Under the pieces are notes generated by a model that was not told the DNA's origin, made no database searches, and was given only the letters and a program-made list of their open reading frames with translations. Shown here one piece after another: positions 38,185 to 49,155 of a stretch of 64,000 nt of DNA. Within the stretch, counting starts at the first letter, position 1. Each line of letters starts with the position of its first letter. The stretch spans positions 33,646 to 97,645 of the IMG/VR virus record IMGVR_UViG_3300028030_000005. One strand, 5' to 3'. The position numbers and the translations under genes were made by a program. This DNA comes from a virus.

Positions 38185-38219
38185 AAAAAAGCGTGCTACA
38201 TAAATGTAAACACGCTTTT
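38185..38219 (-). terminator. Terminator closing the tRNA/tmRNA operon
   Basis: aaaagcgtg...cacgctttt inverted repeat with T-tract. Confidence 0.7.
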
Positions 38220-38261
38220 GACCGAGACCTATAACAATGCTGTGCTGATATTGCACTGTTG

Positions 38262-38335
38262 TAGCAGGGGCCGGACTCGAACCGACGACCTTGAGATTAT
38301 GAAACTCACGAGCTAACCATCTGCTCTACCCTGCG
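38262..38335 (-). tRNA. tRNA-Met (CAT), initiator-like with atypical anticodon stem
   Basis: CGCAGGG/CCCTGCT acceptor with C1:U72 mismatch, A73, T-arm GTCGG-TTCGAGT-CCGGC, anticodon loop TTCATAA; CCA not encoded. Confidence 0.88.
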
Positions 38336-38340
38336 ATGTG

Positions 38341-38630
38341 TGGAGATGCTGGGATTCGAACCCAGGTCCCGTACAATTTGCAAATCAAAGTTTTATACAG
38401 CTTAATAGGGCCGACTGACGTCGTGATTTCCACCAGTTAGTTTTGTGAAAACTAACAAAACGTATTGTTCTCTACGCAGCTATCAACTCTGTTGATGTGT
38501 TCATTTTATGAACAATAAATCTGCTTTTGTTACTATTATTGCCAGTTATTTTAATTCACCGTACTTTTTAACGAGAGCTACCTCGGCTGAACTTTGAATT
38601 ACTCGTTGCAGGTCAATGCCGTACATCCCC
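38341..38630 (-). ncRNA. ssrA: tmRNA
   Basis: 5' GGGGATG pairs with 3' CATCTCC-A including G3:U70; T-arm CTGGG-TTCGAAT-CCCAG; ATAACT-GGC resume site; tag GNNSNKSRFIVHKMNTSTELIAA* (38472-38543). Confidence 0.92.
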
Positions 38631-38652
38631 ATATGTTAATGAACTATTATTT

Positions 38653-38890
38653 GGAAATTTGGTGGTGTACTCGCGAATGACTACACCACCTTATTTCCTA
38701 TCAAACACAAAACTATATCAATCCGGTATCTGCTTTATGTTTGATAACCATTGCCGTACTGTTTCTGTTACTTTACACTTCACCACAACGCTCCGTGTAA
38801 TAACGTTTCTGTTCCAGTTGCTACCAGCTAAACGTGTCTATTGTTGTGGCTCACCACGCGTCGCTCAAGTAGCTAAGAATTAACGGTTGG
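38653..38890 (-). ncRNA. Candidate structured ncRNA between tRNA-Ile and tmRNA
   Basis: Several stems (9 bp perfect; 15 bp with G-U pairs valid only on the minus strand; 7-8 bp); no convincing ORF. Confidence 0.5.
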
Positions 38891-38898
38891 TTTTCTCG

Positions 38899-38971
38899 TG
38901 TTGTGAGTAGGACTCGAACCTACGACCTCGTCCATATCAGGGACGCGCTCTACCAACTAAGCTATCACAAC
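38899..38971 (-). tRNA. tRNA-Ile (GAT)
   Basis: GTTGTGA/TCACAAC acceptor, CGTCC-CTGATAT-GGACG anticodon arm, GTAGG-TTCGAGT-CCTAC T-arm; CCA not encoded. Confidence 0.92.
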
Positions 38972-39039
38972 CCCCATCCACATTTTAACGTCACAGAGTT
39001 ATCAACTCCCCTTAATCATTTGGATGATTTGATTGTTTC

Positions 39040-39228
39040 TTATTCAAACGTTGCTTTGAGATGATTTATATAATCAATACTCGTATGCATCGTTTTTGCT
39101 ATTTGTTCCGGCGTATATCCGATTTTTTCGAATTCTACTACCGATAAATAATCTCCGTATAATTTGGATTGTTCAGTTTCTTGCAACCAAGCATCCTCTC
39201 CTTTATCCTTTGTTTTTTGATTTGACAT
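39040..39228 (-). CDS. Small hypothetical protein with HTH-like C-terminus
   Basis: GYTPEQIAKTMHTSIDYI; promoter copy directly upstream. Confidence 0.5.
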   Translation of the reverse strand: MSNQKTKDKGEDAWLQETEQSKLYGDYLSVVEFEKIGYTPEQIAKTMHTSIDYINHLKATFE

Positions 39229-39244
39229 AACTCTCGGTTTTAAT

Positions 39245-39283
39245 TACATTGTAAAGATACTCAATTTATATCTCTTAGACAAC
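39245..39283 (-). promoter_or_regulatory. Repeated phage promoter (TTG-N20-TATCTTTA)
   Basis: GTTGTCTAAGAGATATAAATTGAGTATCTTTA on the minus strand. Confidence 0.7.
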
Positions 39284-39294
39284 GATTTCGATGA

Positions 39295-40965
39295 TTATTT
39301 TGAAAATCCTATGTAGTTTTCGAAGTAAGTACGCTGTTCGTCGTCAGTTAAGTCTAATTCTCCTTCCCAATGCTTTTTGTACATCAATGCCTTACTCGCT
39401 AACTTGTTCGGCCCTATTTCACTGAGCAATCTCATCGGAAACTGTACTCCATAACCACGATTATTCTCATTATTATAAAAATCCTTAAATGCTTTCTCTG
39501 CATCGTCTGCATCTTGTTGCGTTACAGTGTAGCTCCCGATATAAGGATTCTCTGTTATAGTTTTCCCCACAGAATCTTTAAATTTTTGAACAATCCTTTC
39601 AACAGCATCTCTTTCGGCCATAAATCCATATCTCATCCAAACATATCCACCCAAATCGATATTTGCACTGACATCGATTTTCTTAACACCAATATTTTTG
39701 TATTGCTCATACCAAATTTTGAATAATTTTTTACCAAACCCCTTTCCTTTGAAATTATCGTCTTTGATTTTGAAATATTGATGATATACGCTAATCTTAT
39801 CTGGGCGACGACTCGCATAGAATTGACGTACTATTCTTACTTTATCATTTTCTATTTCGAATTTAAGATATGTGTCTCCAACGCTATCTACTCCTGTCGC
39901 AATATCGAATTCAGTATCGATGTCACCAAAAGATTGTTTAAGTAGATTTTGAGTTTCCGATATCAATTTATCGAAATTGAGTTTACCAAACTTTTCGTCA
40001 AATTCGATGTCCTTTAATCTGTCGTTGTATGCTTGTTCTCGCTTTTGCTCAAATATTTCTCCAGGATATCCAGATATATCTGTCGGCACTCCGTTTACGT
40101 AGAAAATTACTTTGTGATTTTTTTCTATCTCTCGCTTTCTTTGCCAAGACATTGGTGGTTGGTCCTCAGGTTCAGATTGTCCTTTGTAAATTGAACTCAG
40201 TTTTCGTCGTGTACGTTTTCCGTCGTTTGTGACTAATTCCAACCACTCTCCTCGTGGATGAATGTATCGAATTTTTGCAGGTATTTCTTGTGACTTCGTT
40301 TTGATTGTCACTTCGTCTCCGACCGATATTTGCGATATGCTTTCAACTTTTGTTAGTCCTGTAGATTGTGGCTTTTTCTTTACTTCTGGTATATGTTTGT
40401 GAAACGACATTTGTTTATTCCACTCATTGCTATTTGTACGTGGAAGTTTTAACTGATACCCTTCAGGATATGTATAACTATTACGATTCCCGGTATCAAA
40501 TAGTTTGATGAATTTTGCTAATATGTAGTCACTACCGATGTCAGTTATTTTGAGATTTCCTTTCATCTGGTATGTGTCACCTGTACTCCATCCTTTGAAC
40601 TTTGCGTCGATGACATCTCCTACCTTCATTTGATTTTCATACTCATTCTGCTTTATAAATGAAGTCGCTTTTTCGTCATCATCAACTTTTTTGACATATA
40701 CTGTCTTGACATAAGCTACTCCGTTCTTATTGATGATTTGTCGCTTGACAGGAGTTAAATTTGCGATGTTTCTTTGCTTACTGAGTAAATCGAGAGCTTG
40801 TGGTAGTGATTGAAATGCTTTTTCGAGCTCATCTATTGTGTAAAATCTCGGTAAGTCTCCGAGATTTCTCAGAGACTTAGCGATTTGTTTTGCATCTGCT
40901 ACTTCACCGTCCAGTGAAACGTATTCAGCTAATTTTAGACGGGATTTTATCGTTTTTTCATCCAT
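39295..40965 (-). CDS. Multidomain protein with SH3/Tudor-like units and C-terminal GNAT-like acetyltransferase
   Basis: FKGKGFGKKLF (acetyl-CoA motif A), VSANIDLGGYVWMRYGF; ISVGDEVTI SH3-like; N-terminal IK|S, AK|S, LEK|A sites. Confidence 0.65.
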   Translation of the reverse strand: MDEKTIKSRLKLAEYVSLDGEVADAKQIAKSLRNLGDLPRFYTIDELEKAFQSLPQALDLLSKQRNIANLTPVKRQIINKNGVAYVKTVYVKKVDDDEKATSFIKQNEYENQMKVGDVIDAKFKGWSTGDTYQMKGNLKITDIGSDYILAKFIKLFDTGNRNSYTYPEGYQLKLPRTNSNEWNKQMSFHKHIPEVKKKPQSTGLTKVESISQISVGDEVTIKTKSQEIPAKIRYIHPRGEWLELVTNDGKRTRRKLSSIYKGQSEPEDQPPMSWQRKREIEKNHKVIFYVNGVPTDISGYPGEIFEQKREQAYNDRLKDIEFDEKFGKLNFDKLISETQNLLKQSFGDIDTEFDIATGVDSVGDTYLKFEIENDKVRIVRQFYASRRPDKISVYHQYFKIKDDNFKGKGFGKKLFKIWYEQYKNIGVKKIDVSANIDLGGYVWMRYGFMAERDAVERIVQKFKDSVGKTITENPYIGSYTVTQQDADDAEKAFKDFYNNENNRGYGVQFPMRLLSEIGPNKLASKALMYKKHWEGELDLTDDEQRTYFENYIGFSK

Positions 40966-41002
40966 TGATAAATTTTTTGATAAAGGTACTTAAAATTGAT
41001 AT

Positions 41003-41215
41003 CTATTCCAACCACTCTATTACTGCTATCCAAAATTGTCCTACAATTACCATTAGTATAATCATCGGAAATATCCAAACAACATATAACATCAGATACA
41101 GTAATTCGTGTTTAAATATAGATACTACAATCGGTGCTGTCGCAATCGCTATTTCGATTAATAAAAAGAATACGATTGCTGTGAATGAGATGAGATTGTG
41201 AATGTAATGTTTCAT
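41003..41215 (-). CDS. Small membrane protein
   Basis: Two hydrophobic helices. Confidence 0.55.
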   Translation of the reverse strand: MKHYIHNLISFTAIVFFLLIEIAIATAPIVVSIFKHELLYLMLYVVWIFPMIILMVIVGQFWIAVIEWLE

Positions 41216-41218
41216 TGG

Positions 41219-41638
41219 TTATTTTATTTCTATCATATTGTCATAATGTGGATATATCGACGATAGGTAGATATATTTGATACTATTCCCTTCGGTTTCT
41301 GCTAAAAGTGCTACTGGATGTGACCACGAAAACGGTCTGTATATTGCTGCACTGACCATCCATTCATTATCCACTTTCTTATATGAAGCATATCCGATTA
41401 CTTCAGAGAATCCACCACTATCGATTCTTTTGGTAAGTAGAGCAACTTCGTCAGTTGGATTTTCAATAAAGTCCGGCAACATTCCTTCTAACTTAATCGA
41501 AATTAAGATTTTGTCTTTTGTCCAGGTTATTACCGGTAATTTTCTTTTTACAGGATTTTCCCTTGTTCTTGAAATTACATACATTGTTGTGATTGCGATT
41601 ACTAAAATCGTCAGTACTAAAATCTCTGTGTTTGTCAT
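41219..41638 (-). CDS. Membrane-anchored hypothetical protein
   Basis: N-terminal TM helix. Confidence 0.55.
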   Translation of the reverse strand: MTNTEILVLTILVIAITTMYVISRTRENPVKRKLPVITWTKDKILISIKLEGMLPDFIENPTDEVALLTKRIDSGGFSEVIGYASYKKVDNEWMVSAAIYRPFSWSHPVALLAETEGNSIKYIYLSSIYPHYDNMIEIK

Positions 41639-41656
41639 AACTATTATTTTTATTGG

Positions 41657-42460
41657 TTATAGGTTTATTCTCTTTGGTGGTTGTTTCTTGTTCAGACCAC
41701 TATTGTCGTACCAAGCATATTTCGATATTAGCTTGTTTTTAATCAAGTGTTTGACTACCTTACGACTGTTGATATTTGATTTATATACTACTTCTCGTGG
41801 AACCCATCGTTTTGTATCAACTCCTCGTTTCTGAGCGCTGTAAAACGCTTTGTCTGGTGGAACGTCAACAAATACCAATTTAATGTCGTATCCACGTTTT
41901 TTCAGGTCACGAATCAGCTTTTCTGCTTTTTGTTGTTTAGATAGTGTAGTATCTATTGTGATGTGATATTTGTTTTCAATAGCATCGTGTATTAATACTT
42001 TACTGAGATACGACGATTCACCGTGTACTTTATGTGCTGCTGACTTGTAGTCTTTCTTTATATATTTACTGTATTCGGGTAATTGTTGTTTGATATCATC
42101 GCTATTGATGTACACTGAATTCTCGTCGATTTTACCATAAAACTTTTGATATACGTACGTTTTACCACTTCCTGTTCCTCCAGCAAGAATCACTGCCGTA
42201 GGTCGTTTTTGGTCAGCAACTTTGTTTTTAAAGAAATTGTCGACTATCTTTTTGTGTAGCTTTACTCTTGAAGATGTCCATTCGTCGTTTATCTTGTACA
42301 AATGTTCAGTAGTAGTTTCTCTATACTTCTTTAATTCCGGGTCAACGCTGCCTCCATAAGCAAGTCCTACTCGTTGCAAACGACGATTCAGCCAATTATC
42401 TTTGTAATAACCTTTAATCAGATTTTTTACGTCGCTTTCTATTTTGTTTGTGGATTTCAT
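41657..42460 (-). CDS. Zeta-toxin-family P-loop kinase
   Basis: ILAGGTGSGKT, INSDDIKQQLPEY, VHGESS, IDTTLS, RWVP. Confidence 0.85.
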   Translation of the reverse strand: MKSTNKIESDVKNLIKGYYKDNWLNRRLQRVGLAYGGSVDPELKKYRETTTEHLYKINDEWTSSRVKLHKKIVDNFFKNKVADQKRPTAVILAGGTGSGKTYVYQKFYGKIDENSVYINSDDIKQQLPEYSKYIKKDYKSAAHKVHGESSYLSKVLIHDAIENKYHITIDTTLSKQQKAEKLIRDLKKRGYDIKLVFVDVPPDKAFYSAQKRGVDTKRWVPREVVYKSNINSRKVVKHLIKNKLISKYAWYDNSGLNKKQPPKRINL

Positions 42461-42590
42461 CGAGATGTGGTTTAAGTTGCTTGTAACCTTTCGTCTTGTT
42501 GATTTTGTTGATGGATTCGATATCTGGGGTATCGTCCCAGATATCGTCTCTCATCCACTTTGGTGTTTTACTTGTCTTTTTTGAGTTCAT
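42414..42590 (-). CDS. Small protein overlapping the zeta-toxin start (58 aa), candidate antitoxin
   Basis: Hand-read ORF MNSKKTSKTPKWMRDDIWDDTPDIESINK...RKRRKKSD, below the ORF-track cutoff. Confidence 0.4.
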   Translation of the reverse strand: MNSKKTSKTPKWMRDDIWDDTPDIESINKINKTKGYKQLKPHLDEIHKQNRKRRKKSD

Positions 42591-43032
42591 CTAATCGTTT
42601 TTTCAATTCTGCTGCTCGTAGATAGTCCTCACTTTCTACTGCTGATTTTAACTGAGTTTCTAATTGTTCAATTTGTTGTTGTTTTGTCAGCTGTTTGTCG
42701 ATTTGTTGTTTCTTTTCGTCAATCAACTCGTTAATCAACGTTAATTTGCTTACATTTGGTGCTACAAAGTCAGCCATCAAACTCTCCACCTGTGGTGGTA
42801 ATGACATTCCCATTTCTGTTTGAGTGATTTCGAACAAAAAGAAATGTGTTTTTGATGCTGATATCACTTCTGTGAGATAGTCGATTGATTTATCACTTGT
42901 AAAGATTGTTAATGTCAATCCTGTCGAACCAACTATTCTACTGTCAAGAATAAATCCTTCTACCAATTCTCCTGCTATTTCTAAATCAGGGATTGGACTG
43001 AATCTTGCTAAGAAATATGTTTTAATTGTCAT
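42568..43032 (-). CDS. UVR (UvrB/UvrC motif) domain protein
   Basis: C-terminal QLKSAVESEDYLRAAELKKRLDEL. Confidence 0.75.
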   Translation of the reverse strand: MTIKTYFLARFSPIPDLEIAGELVEGFILDSRIVGSTGLTLTIFTSDKSIDYLTEVISASKTHFFLFEITQTEMGMSLPPQVESLMADFVAPNVSKLTLINELIDEKKQQIDKQLTKQQQIEQLETQLKSAVESEDYLRAAELKKRLDELKKDK

Positions 43033-43042
43033 AGGTCTATTT

Positions 43043-43303
43043 TTATTGAAAGATTTCGTCTTTGTATGAATATAATACGTCCGATTCCTCTACAATATAA
43101 TAGTCAGTGAATTGACGAATTCCGTTGGCTTTATCAAAGTAACTGAGTTGATGTTTTGTTTTGTCTGCTCGAATGTGGTCTCCTACAGATAAATTCCCCA
43201 CATATCCATCAGGAAGCTTTTCGATTTGATATTGCATTATTCGTTGACGTGATACGAGTAAATGTCCGCGTCCTACCTTGATGTTGTCTAAATTTAGTTT
43301 CAT
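43043..43303 (-). CDS. Divergent GroES-like protein
   Basis: IKVGRGHLLVSR...LSVGDHI...YYIVEESDVL matches the GroES pattern VKVGD...YLI-x-ESDIL. Confidence 0.45.
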   Translation of the reverse strand: MKLNLDNIKVGRGHLLVSRQRIMQYQIEKLPDGYVGNLSVGDHIRADKTKHQLSYFDKANGIRQFTDYYIVEESDVLYSYKDEIFQ

Positions 43304-43319
43304 TTGATTAGTTTTTTTA

Positions 43320-43357
43320 TTGATTTCTACACCATAAAGATACTACATAGTTATCTT

Positions 43358-43366
<9 letters not shown>
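43320..43366 (-). promoter_or_regulatory. Repeated phage promoter plus leader
   Basis: GTTGCATAAAAGATAACTATGTAGTATCTTTATGGTGTAGAAATCAA on the minus strand. Confidence 0.85.
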
Positions 43367-45589
<2,223 letters not shown>

Positions 45590-45597
<8 letters not shown>

Positions 45598-46336
45598 ATT
45601 GAAACGTTATGTAATCGCTTCCGTCAAATTGAATCTTTTTCAAACGTCCTTCCTCAACTACCGACGTAAATGTGGTAGTTGAGTTGGAACCGGAATCTGA
45701 TACTTGACATTGGATAGGTAGGTTGCTTGAAAGATAGAATGCTATATCAATCCCTACTCCCGACCATCGTTCGTTGAAATCACTACATACGTTTATAAAT
45801 GGATTTTTGTCGTCTGTATATAGATACGTAATTGTTTGTACTACTTGTCCGTTTTGATAGGTTTGTATTGATTGTAGATTGTTGTTATCCCAATTAAAAA
45901 CCTTTGTTTGAAGTAGTTGTCCGGCATTACTATAACTTCTCTGTTCGGCAATTTTATTGTTGTTTAAATAATATATTTTGGTCAAATTTAACTGATTGTT
46001 TTCCTTATATGTTTTGATTATTGAATCAGCTTGATATTGATACGTGATTGTAGTTGTTAGTCCTCCTCCTGATATTTGTTTTTGAATGATTAGACCAGCA
46101 GAATCTGTGATTTCAGTCACGTCACTTACTGATTGAAATCCGGAAATCACGTCGTTTGTGTACATCACATTGAATACTTTGTCGTTGTCATCACTGAATA
46201 CAACTGTCTTCAATTTGATATCGGAATTCTGAGCTCGTTGTTGAACAACGTCGTCTTGTTTTTGACAACTTGTGGTTGTCATTGTCATAATCACTGCTAT
46301 AATCAGTGTTAATAGGTAAAAAAATCTTGTTTTCAT
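45590..46336 (-). CDS. Lipoprotein with YD-like beta repeats
   Basis: Signal peptide with TTSC lipobox followed by QKQDD; Y-x-Y repeats and YTDDKNPF, typical of Bacteroidota surface lipoproteins. Confidence 0.7.
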
Positions 46337-46422
46337 ATTGATTTGTTTTTAAAATTAATTTCTTGTTTCTGATTGAACAGTGGCTTTATCCACCAATAAC
46401 ATCTTTTTTCATTCTAATCGAT

Positions 46423-46665
46423 TTAAGGTTGAGTATTACGGTCTTTGTTTATGCAACACTTTTTATATTTCTTTCCACTTCCACAAGGACAAGGTTCGTT
46501 TCGACCTATCTTTGGTTCGGTTCGAACTTTAACAAATTTTCCACGAATCCGTCGTGGTGGTGCAAAATAAGGTATGTCACGAGCTATCGGCATTACTTGC
46601 ATCACTGTTTCTGTGAATTTGCGTAGATAAGCATCGTCTCCTGTTATAATTGCTTTTTGTTCCAT
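46423..46665 (-). CDS. SEC-C motif protein
   Basis: [20 protein letters not shown]. Confidence 0.9.
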   Translation of the reverse strand: MEQKAIITGDDAYLRKFTETVMQVMPIARDIPYFAPPRRIRGKFVKVRTEPKIGRNEPCPCGSGKKYKKCCINKDRNTQP

Positions 46666-46895
46666 TATCCAAATATTTGTTCGGTTGCTATATCACTATC
46701 CATCACACTTGCTTGTAATCCTAATGAAGCACTACTTCCAAAACACCTTACTCTCTTATCGTTAGTATTGATTTCGCAAAATCCTGCTGTAACTGGAGCA
46801 AGATGTTTAAATTCAGAATGTTGAATTTCAGGTGAGAATATCACGATTCTCTCGTTCCGAAACAACCCTATTCTTATGTATTTTAGTTTTTTCAT
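46665..46895 (-). CDS. Hypothetical phage protein
   Basis: 76 aa, H...AGF...CFG-S-SL motif. Confidence 0.6.
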   Translation of the reverse strand: MKKLKYIRIGLFRNERIVIFSPEIQHSEFKHLAPVTAGFCEINTNDKRVRCFGSSASLGLQASVMDSDIATEQIFG

Positions 46896-47131
46896 CGAAT
46901 GTCATTTTTTCTCTTTACTTCGTCATACAATGCTCGTAACGCTTGTTTTTGAGTGACGTAAATTCTATCGTAGTCTCTTTCAGGTAACTCATCATCAATT
47001 CTGTCAATAGCCATCGTATTGGTTGTAGTACAGTATCTGTTTATTCCTCTAATGTCGAATCCTATACGATAGTGTCCTTTACCCAAAAATGTGTGTCCTA
47101 AGTAGCGATTCTCTAATTGTTTTGTTGTCAT
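46892..47131 (-). CDS. Hypothetical early protein
   Basis: First gene after promoter copy 47144-47190. Confidence 0.6.
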   Translation of the reverse strand: MTTKQLENRYLGHTFLGKGHYRIGFDIRGINRYCTTTNTMAIDRIDDELPERDYDRIYVTQKQALRALYDEVKRKNDIR

Positions 47132-47143
47132 CTTGATTTATTT

Positions 47144-47190
47144 TTGATTTCTACACCATAAAGATACCCATTTTATATCTTTCAGACAAC
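47144..47190 (-). promoter_or_regulatory. Repeated phage promoter plus leader
   Basis: GTTGTCTGAAAGATATAAAATGGGTATCTTTATGGTGTAGAAATCAA. Confidence 0.85.
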
Positions 47191-47197
47191 AGTTTGG

Positions 47198-47524
47198 TTA
47201 TTTATTTTGATTCAGGTGTCCGTCTGCTGACGCTTTTAGTCGTTTTTCAATCCACATTGATACCGTCATTCCGTACGTACTTCCAAGTACTGTTCCAACA
47301 ATATATGGAATGAATAACATAAAGCTCATATCACTCAATACCAGTTCTCGAAATGTCAAAAACCAAATTGAGTTACTGAATGTTGCTGCTATCAGGTGGT
47401 ACGTTTTGTTGTTTCGATTACGGGACCTACTTACCACACTAAAACTTACACTTTGAATAAATGCTAATATTAAAATCTTTATCATTTTGTTATATATATT
47501 TGTGAATCTGGATGTTGACGACAA
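47198..47524 (-). CDS. Small multi-pass membrane protein
   Basis: Three hydrophobic segments; real start probably MIKILI. Confidence 0.6.
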   Translation of the reverse strand: MSSTSRFTNIYNKMIKILILAFIQSVSFSVVSRSRNRNNKTYHLIAATFSNSIWFLTFRELVLSDMSFMLFIPYIVGTVLGSTYGMTVSMWIEKRLKASADGHLNQNK

Positions 47525-47841
47525 TTGTTAAGATAGTCCTCAACGAATTGTAATAAGTCGTCGTACGTTCCCCATCCATTTTCTGGTTGATATTTTAATA
47601 ATTTGTCTTTTTTACGTTTTAATTTTTTTAATCCTTTCTCAAGGTATGGAATTGCTTTTTCAGCAGTATCTACACCGAGCTTTTCTGGTTTCCACATCAC
47701 TTTATACAATTTTGCTTTCTTAGCCATTTTATTTAGATTGTGAGTGATGTTTCTCTCCCATACTACATCATCATAAATAACACATACGTTATTATCTCCA
47801 CACCTTTGTGGTTGGTAGAATAGTTCAATTGATAAGCTCAT
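47482..47841 (-). CDS. Conserved hypothetical phage protein
   Basis: NITHNLNKMA...PENGWGTYD...C-x-x-HP motif. Confidence 0.65.
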   Translation of the reverse strand: MSLSIELFYQPQRCGDNNVCVIYDDVVWERNITHNLNKMAKKAKLYKVMWKPEKLGVDTAEKAIPYLEKGLKKLKRKKDKLLKYQPENGWGTYDDLLQFVEDYLNNCRQHPDSQIYITK

Positions 47842-48686
47842 TATCTTATGTATTTATTTAGATTGATTTCTAATTGTTTGTGTACTGATGGAAATAACGA
47901 CCTAAGCTCATCGTCGAACTTACGTTGGTTGATATCGTCATATTTCGAGTATCCGTAATAATGATAATATCCGTGTCTTTGTTCCCAGCTTCGCTGGGCT
48001 TTTTGAGTCATTCCACTTGTTAGAAATTTTGGTTTGATTCCGAGTTTTTCTAATCCTAAACGAATCCCCCATTGCTCAATTACAGCATTCGGGTCGAGTT
48101 TGTTTTGGAGAAATTTATATCCAAGTGACTTCTGACTTTGACGATATAGTAGTAGTGTTTCATCAACACTTTTAAGTACTTCTCGAAACATAGCACTGTT
48201 ACCAACCGATATGATTCCACAATTGACACACCACATATCGCTCGGTTGCCACCACTTAATCGTATCGTTTTGTCTTATCTGACGAAACATACTCAACCAA
48301 GGAGTGTAATGATGATGGAAGTTTTCAGTTTCGTATCGGTCGAACATCACTTGCTCAGTAGAGAGTTCGATTGGTTTTCTCATCACAAAGTCAGCATCTA
48401 TATGAACATACGAACCTATTTGATGACGAATTGTGTTAATTTTTGTCATAGCCCAAACGTCAGGTGGGACCGGATTGTCTATCAATACAGTTTCTACTGG
48501 TATTCCTTCAAACATAGCTAATGTCAACTCATCTCCGTAAATCACAATATCGTGGTACCATTGATTGGTCCAGCTCACAGACAAAGCAAATAGTCGAAAC
48601 GTCTTTTCCAACACTTGTTTCGTATCCTTCATTCCCCATCGAGCATTTCGTAATGCTGCTGTATCCATACTATATATTATTCTCAT
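47841..48686 (-). CDS. GT-A-like DxD protein (DUF6734-like), paralog of 2548-3333
   Basis: WAMTKI...YVHIDADF, NCGII, IEQW, YYHYYG-SKY. Confidence 0.55.
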   Translation of the reverse strand: MRIIYSMDTAALRNARWGMKDTKQVLEKTFRLFALSVSWTNQWYHDIVIYGDELTLAMFEGIPVETVLIDNPVPPDVWAMTKINTIRHQIGSYVHIDADFVMRKPIELSTEQVMFDRYETENFHHHYTPWLSMFRQIRQNDTIKWWQPSDMWCVNCGIISVGNSAMFREVLKSVDETLLLYRQSQKSLGYKFLQNKLDPNAVIEQWGIRLGLEKLGIKPKFLTSGMTQKAQRSWEQRHGYYHYYGYSKYDDINQRKFDDELRSLFPSVHKQLEINLNKYIR

Positions 48687-49155
48687 AAAGTCGGTAAAAT
48701 GTTAGTCGTTTTTGGTGCTTTCTTTTTCTGTGGTCACTAATTGGTAGTGTTAGTGCTTTGCTATGTTGTTGTTTTCGTTCGTCGCTTGATTGATGACGAA
48801 TTTTCCAACATCCCTTATCATACAATACCGTTTTCTCTTTGATAGGTTGCTTCTTGACAAAGATATCGACATTACATCCATATATAAATGTGTAATATTC
48901 GTCTATCACATTTTGTCGGTAAATTCCTTCTACCTTTCGTAAGAAATAGTGTTTTTGTAATACTTTGAGTTGTTGTGGAGTAATCGTGATATCGACGTCG
49001 TGTGGAACGAAGTATTCAGTTTGTTTACATATATTGAGATAATCAGCTATCGAACCAGACAATATGTATTCGTCTGAAAATAGCTGTTGTAAAACAAACA
49101 ACGTTGTTTTAATCTCTAATGGTAGTCGGTTTATTTCAATTGCTGTGTTATCCAT
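48670..49155 (-). CDS. Pol-beta-superfamily nucleotidyltransferase
   Basis: LSGS...PHDVDI...VDIF (hGS, DxD, third D). Confidence 0.7.
   Translation of the reverse strand: MDNTAIEINRLPLEIKTTLFVLQQLFSDEYILSGSIADYLNICKQTEYFVPHDVDITITPQQLKVLQKHYFLRKVEGIYRQNVIDEYYTFIYGCNVDIFVKKQPIKEKTVLYDKGCWKIRHQSSDERKQQHSKALTLPISDHRKRKHQKRLTFYRLYENNI

Noticed and set aside
38653-38890. RNase P RNA or group I intron
   Set aside because: Lacks the GAGGAAAGUCC core, and I could not place P7 intron motifs; left unassigned
48670-49155. CCA-adding enzyme for the CCA-less tRNAs
   Set aside because: Too short (161 aa) and lacks RRD/class II CCA motifs; the host enzyme is sufficient
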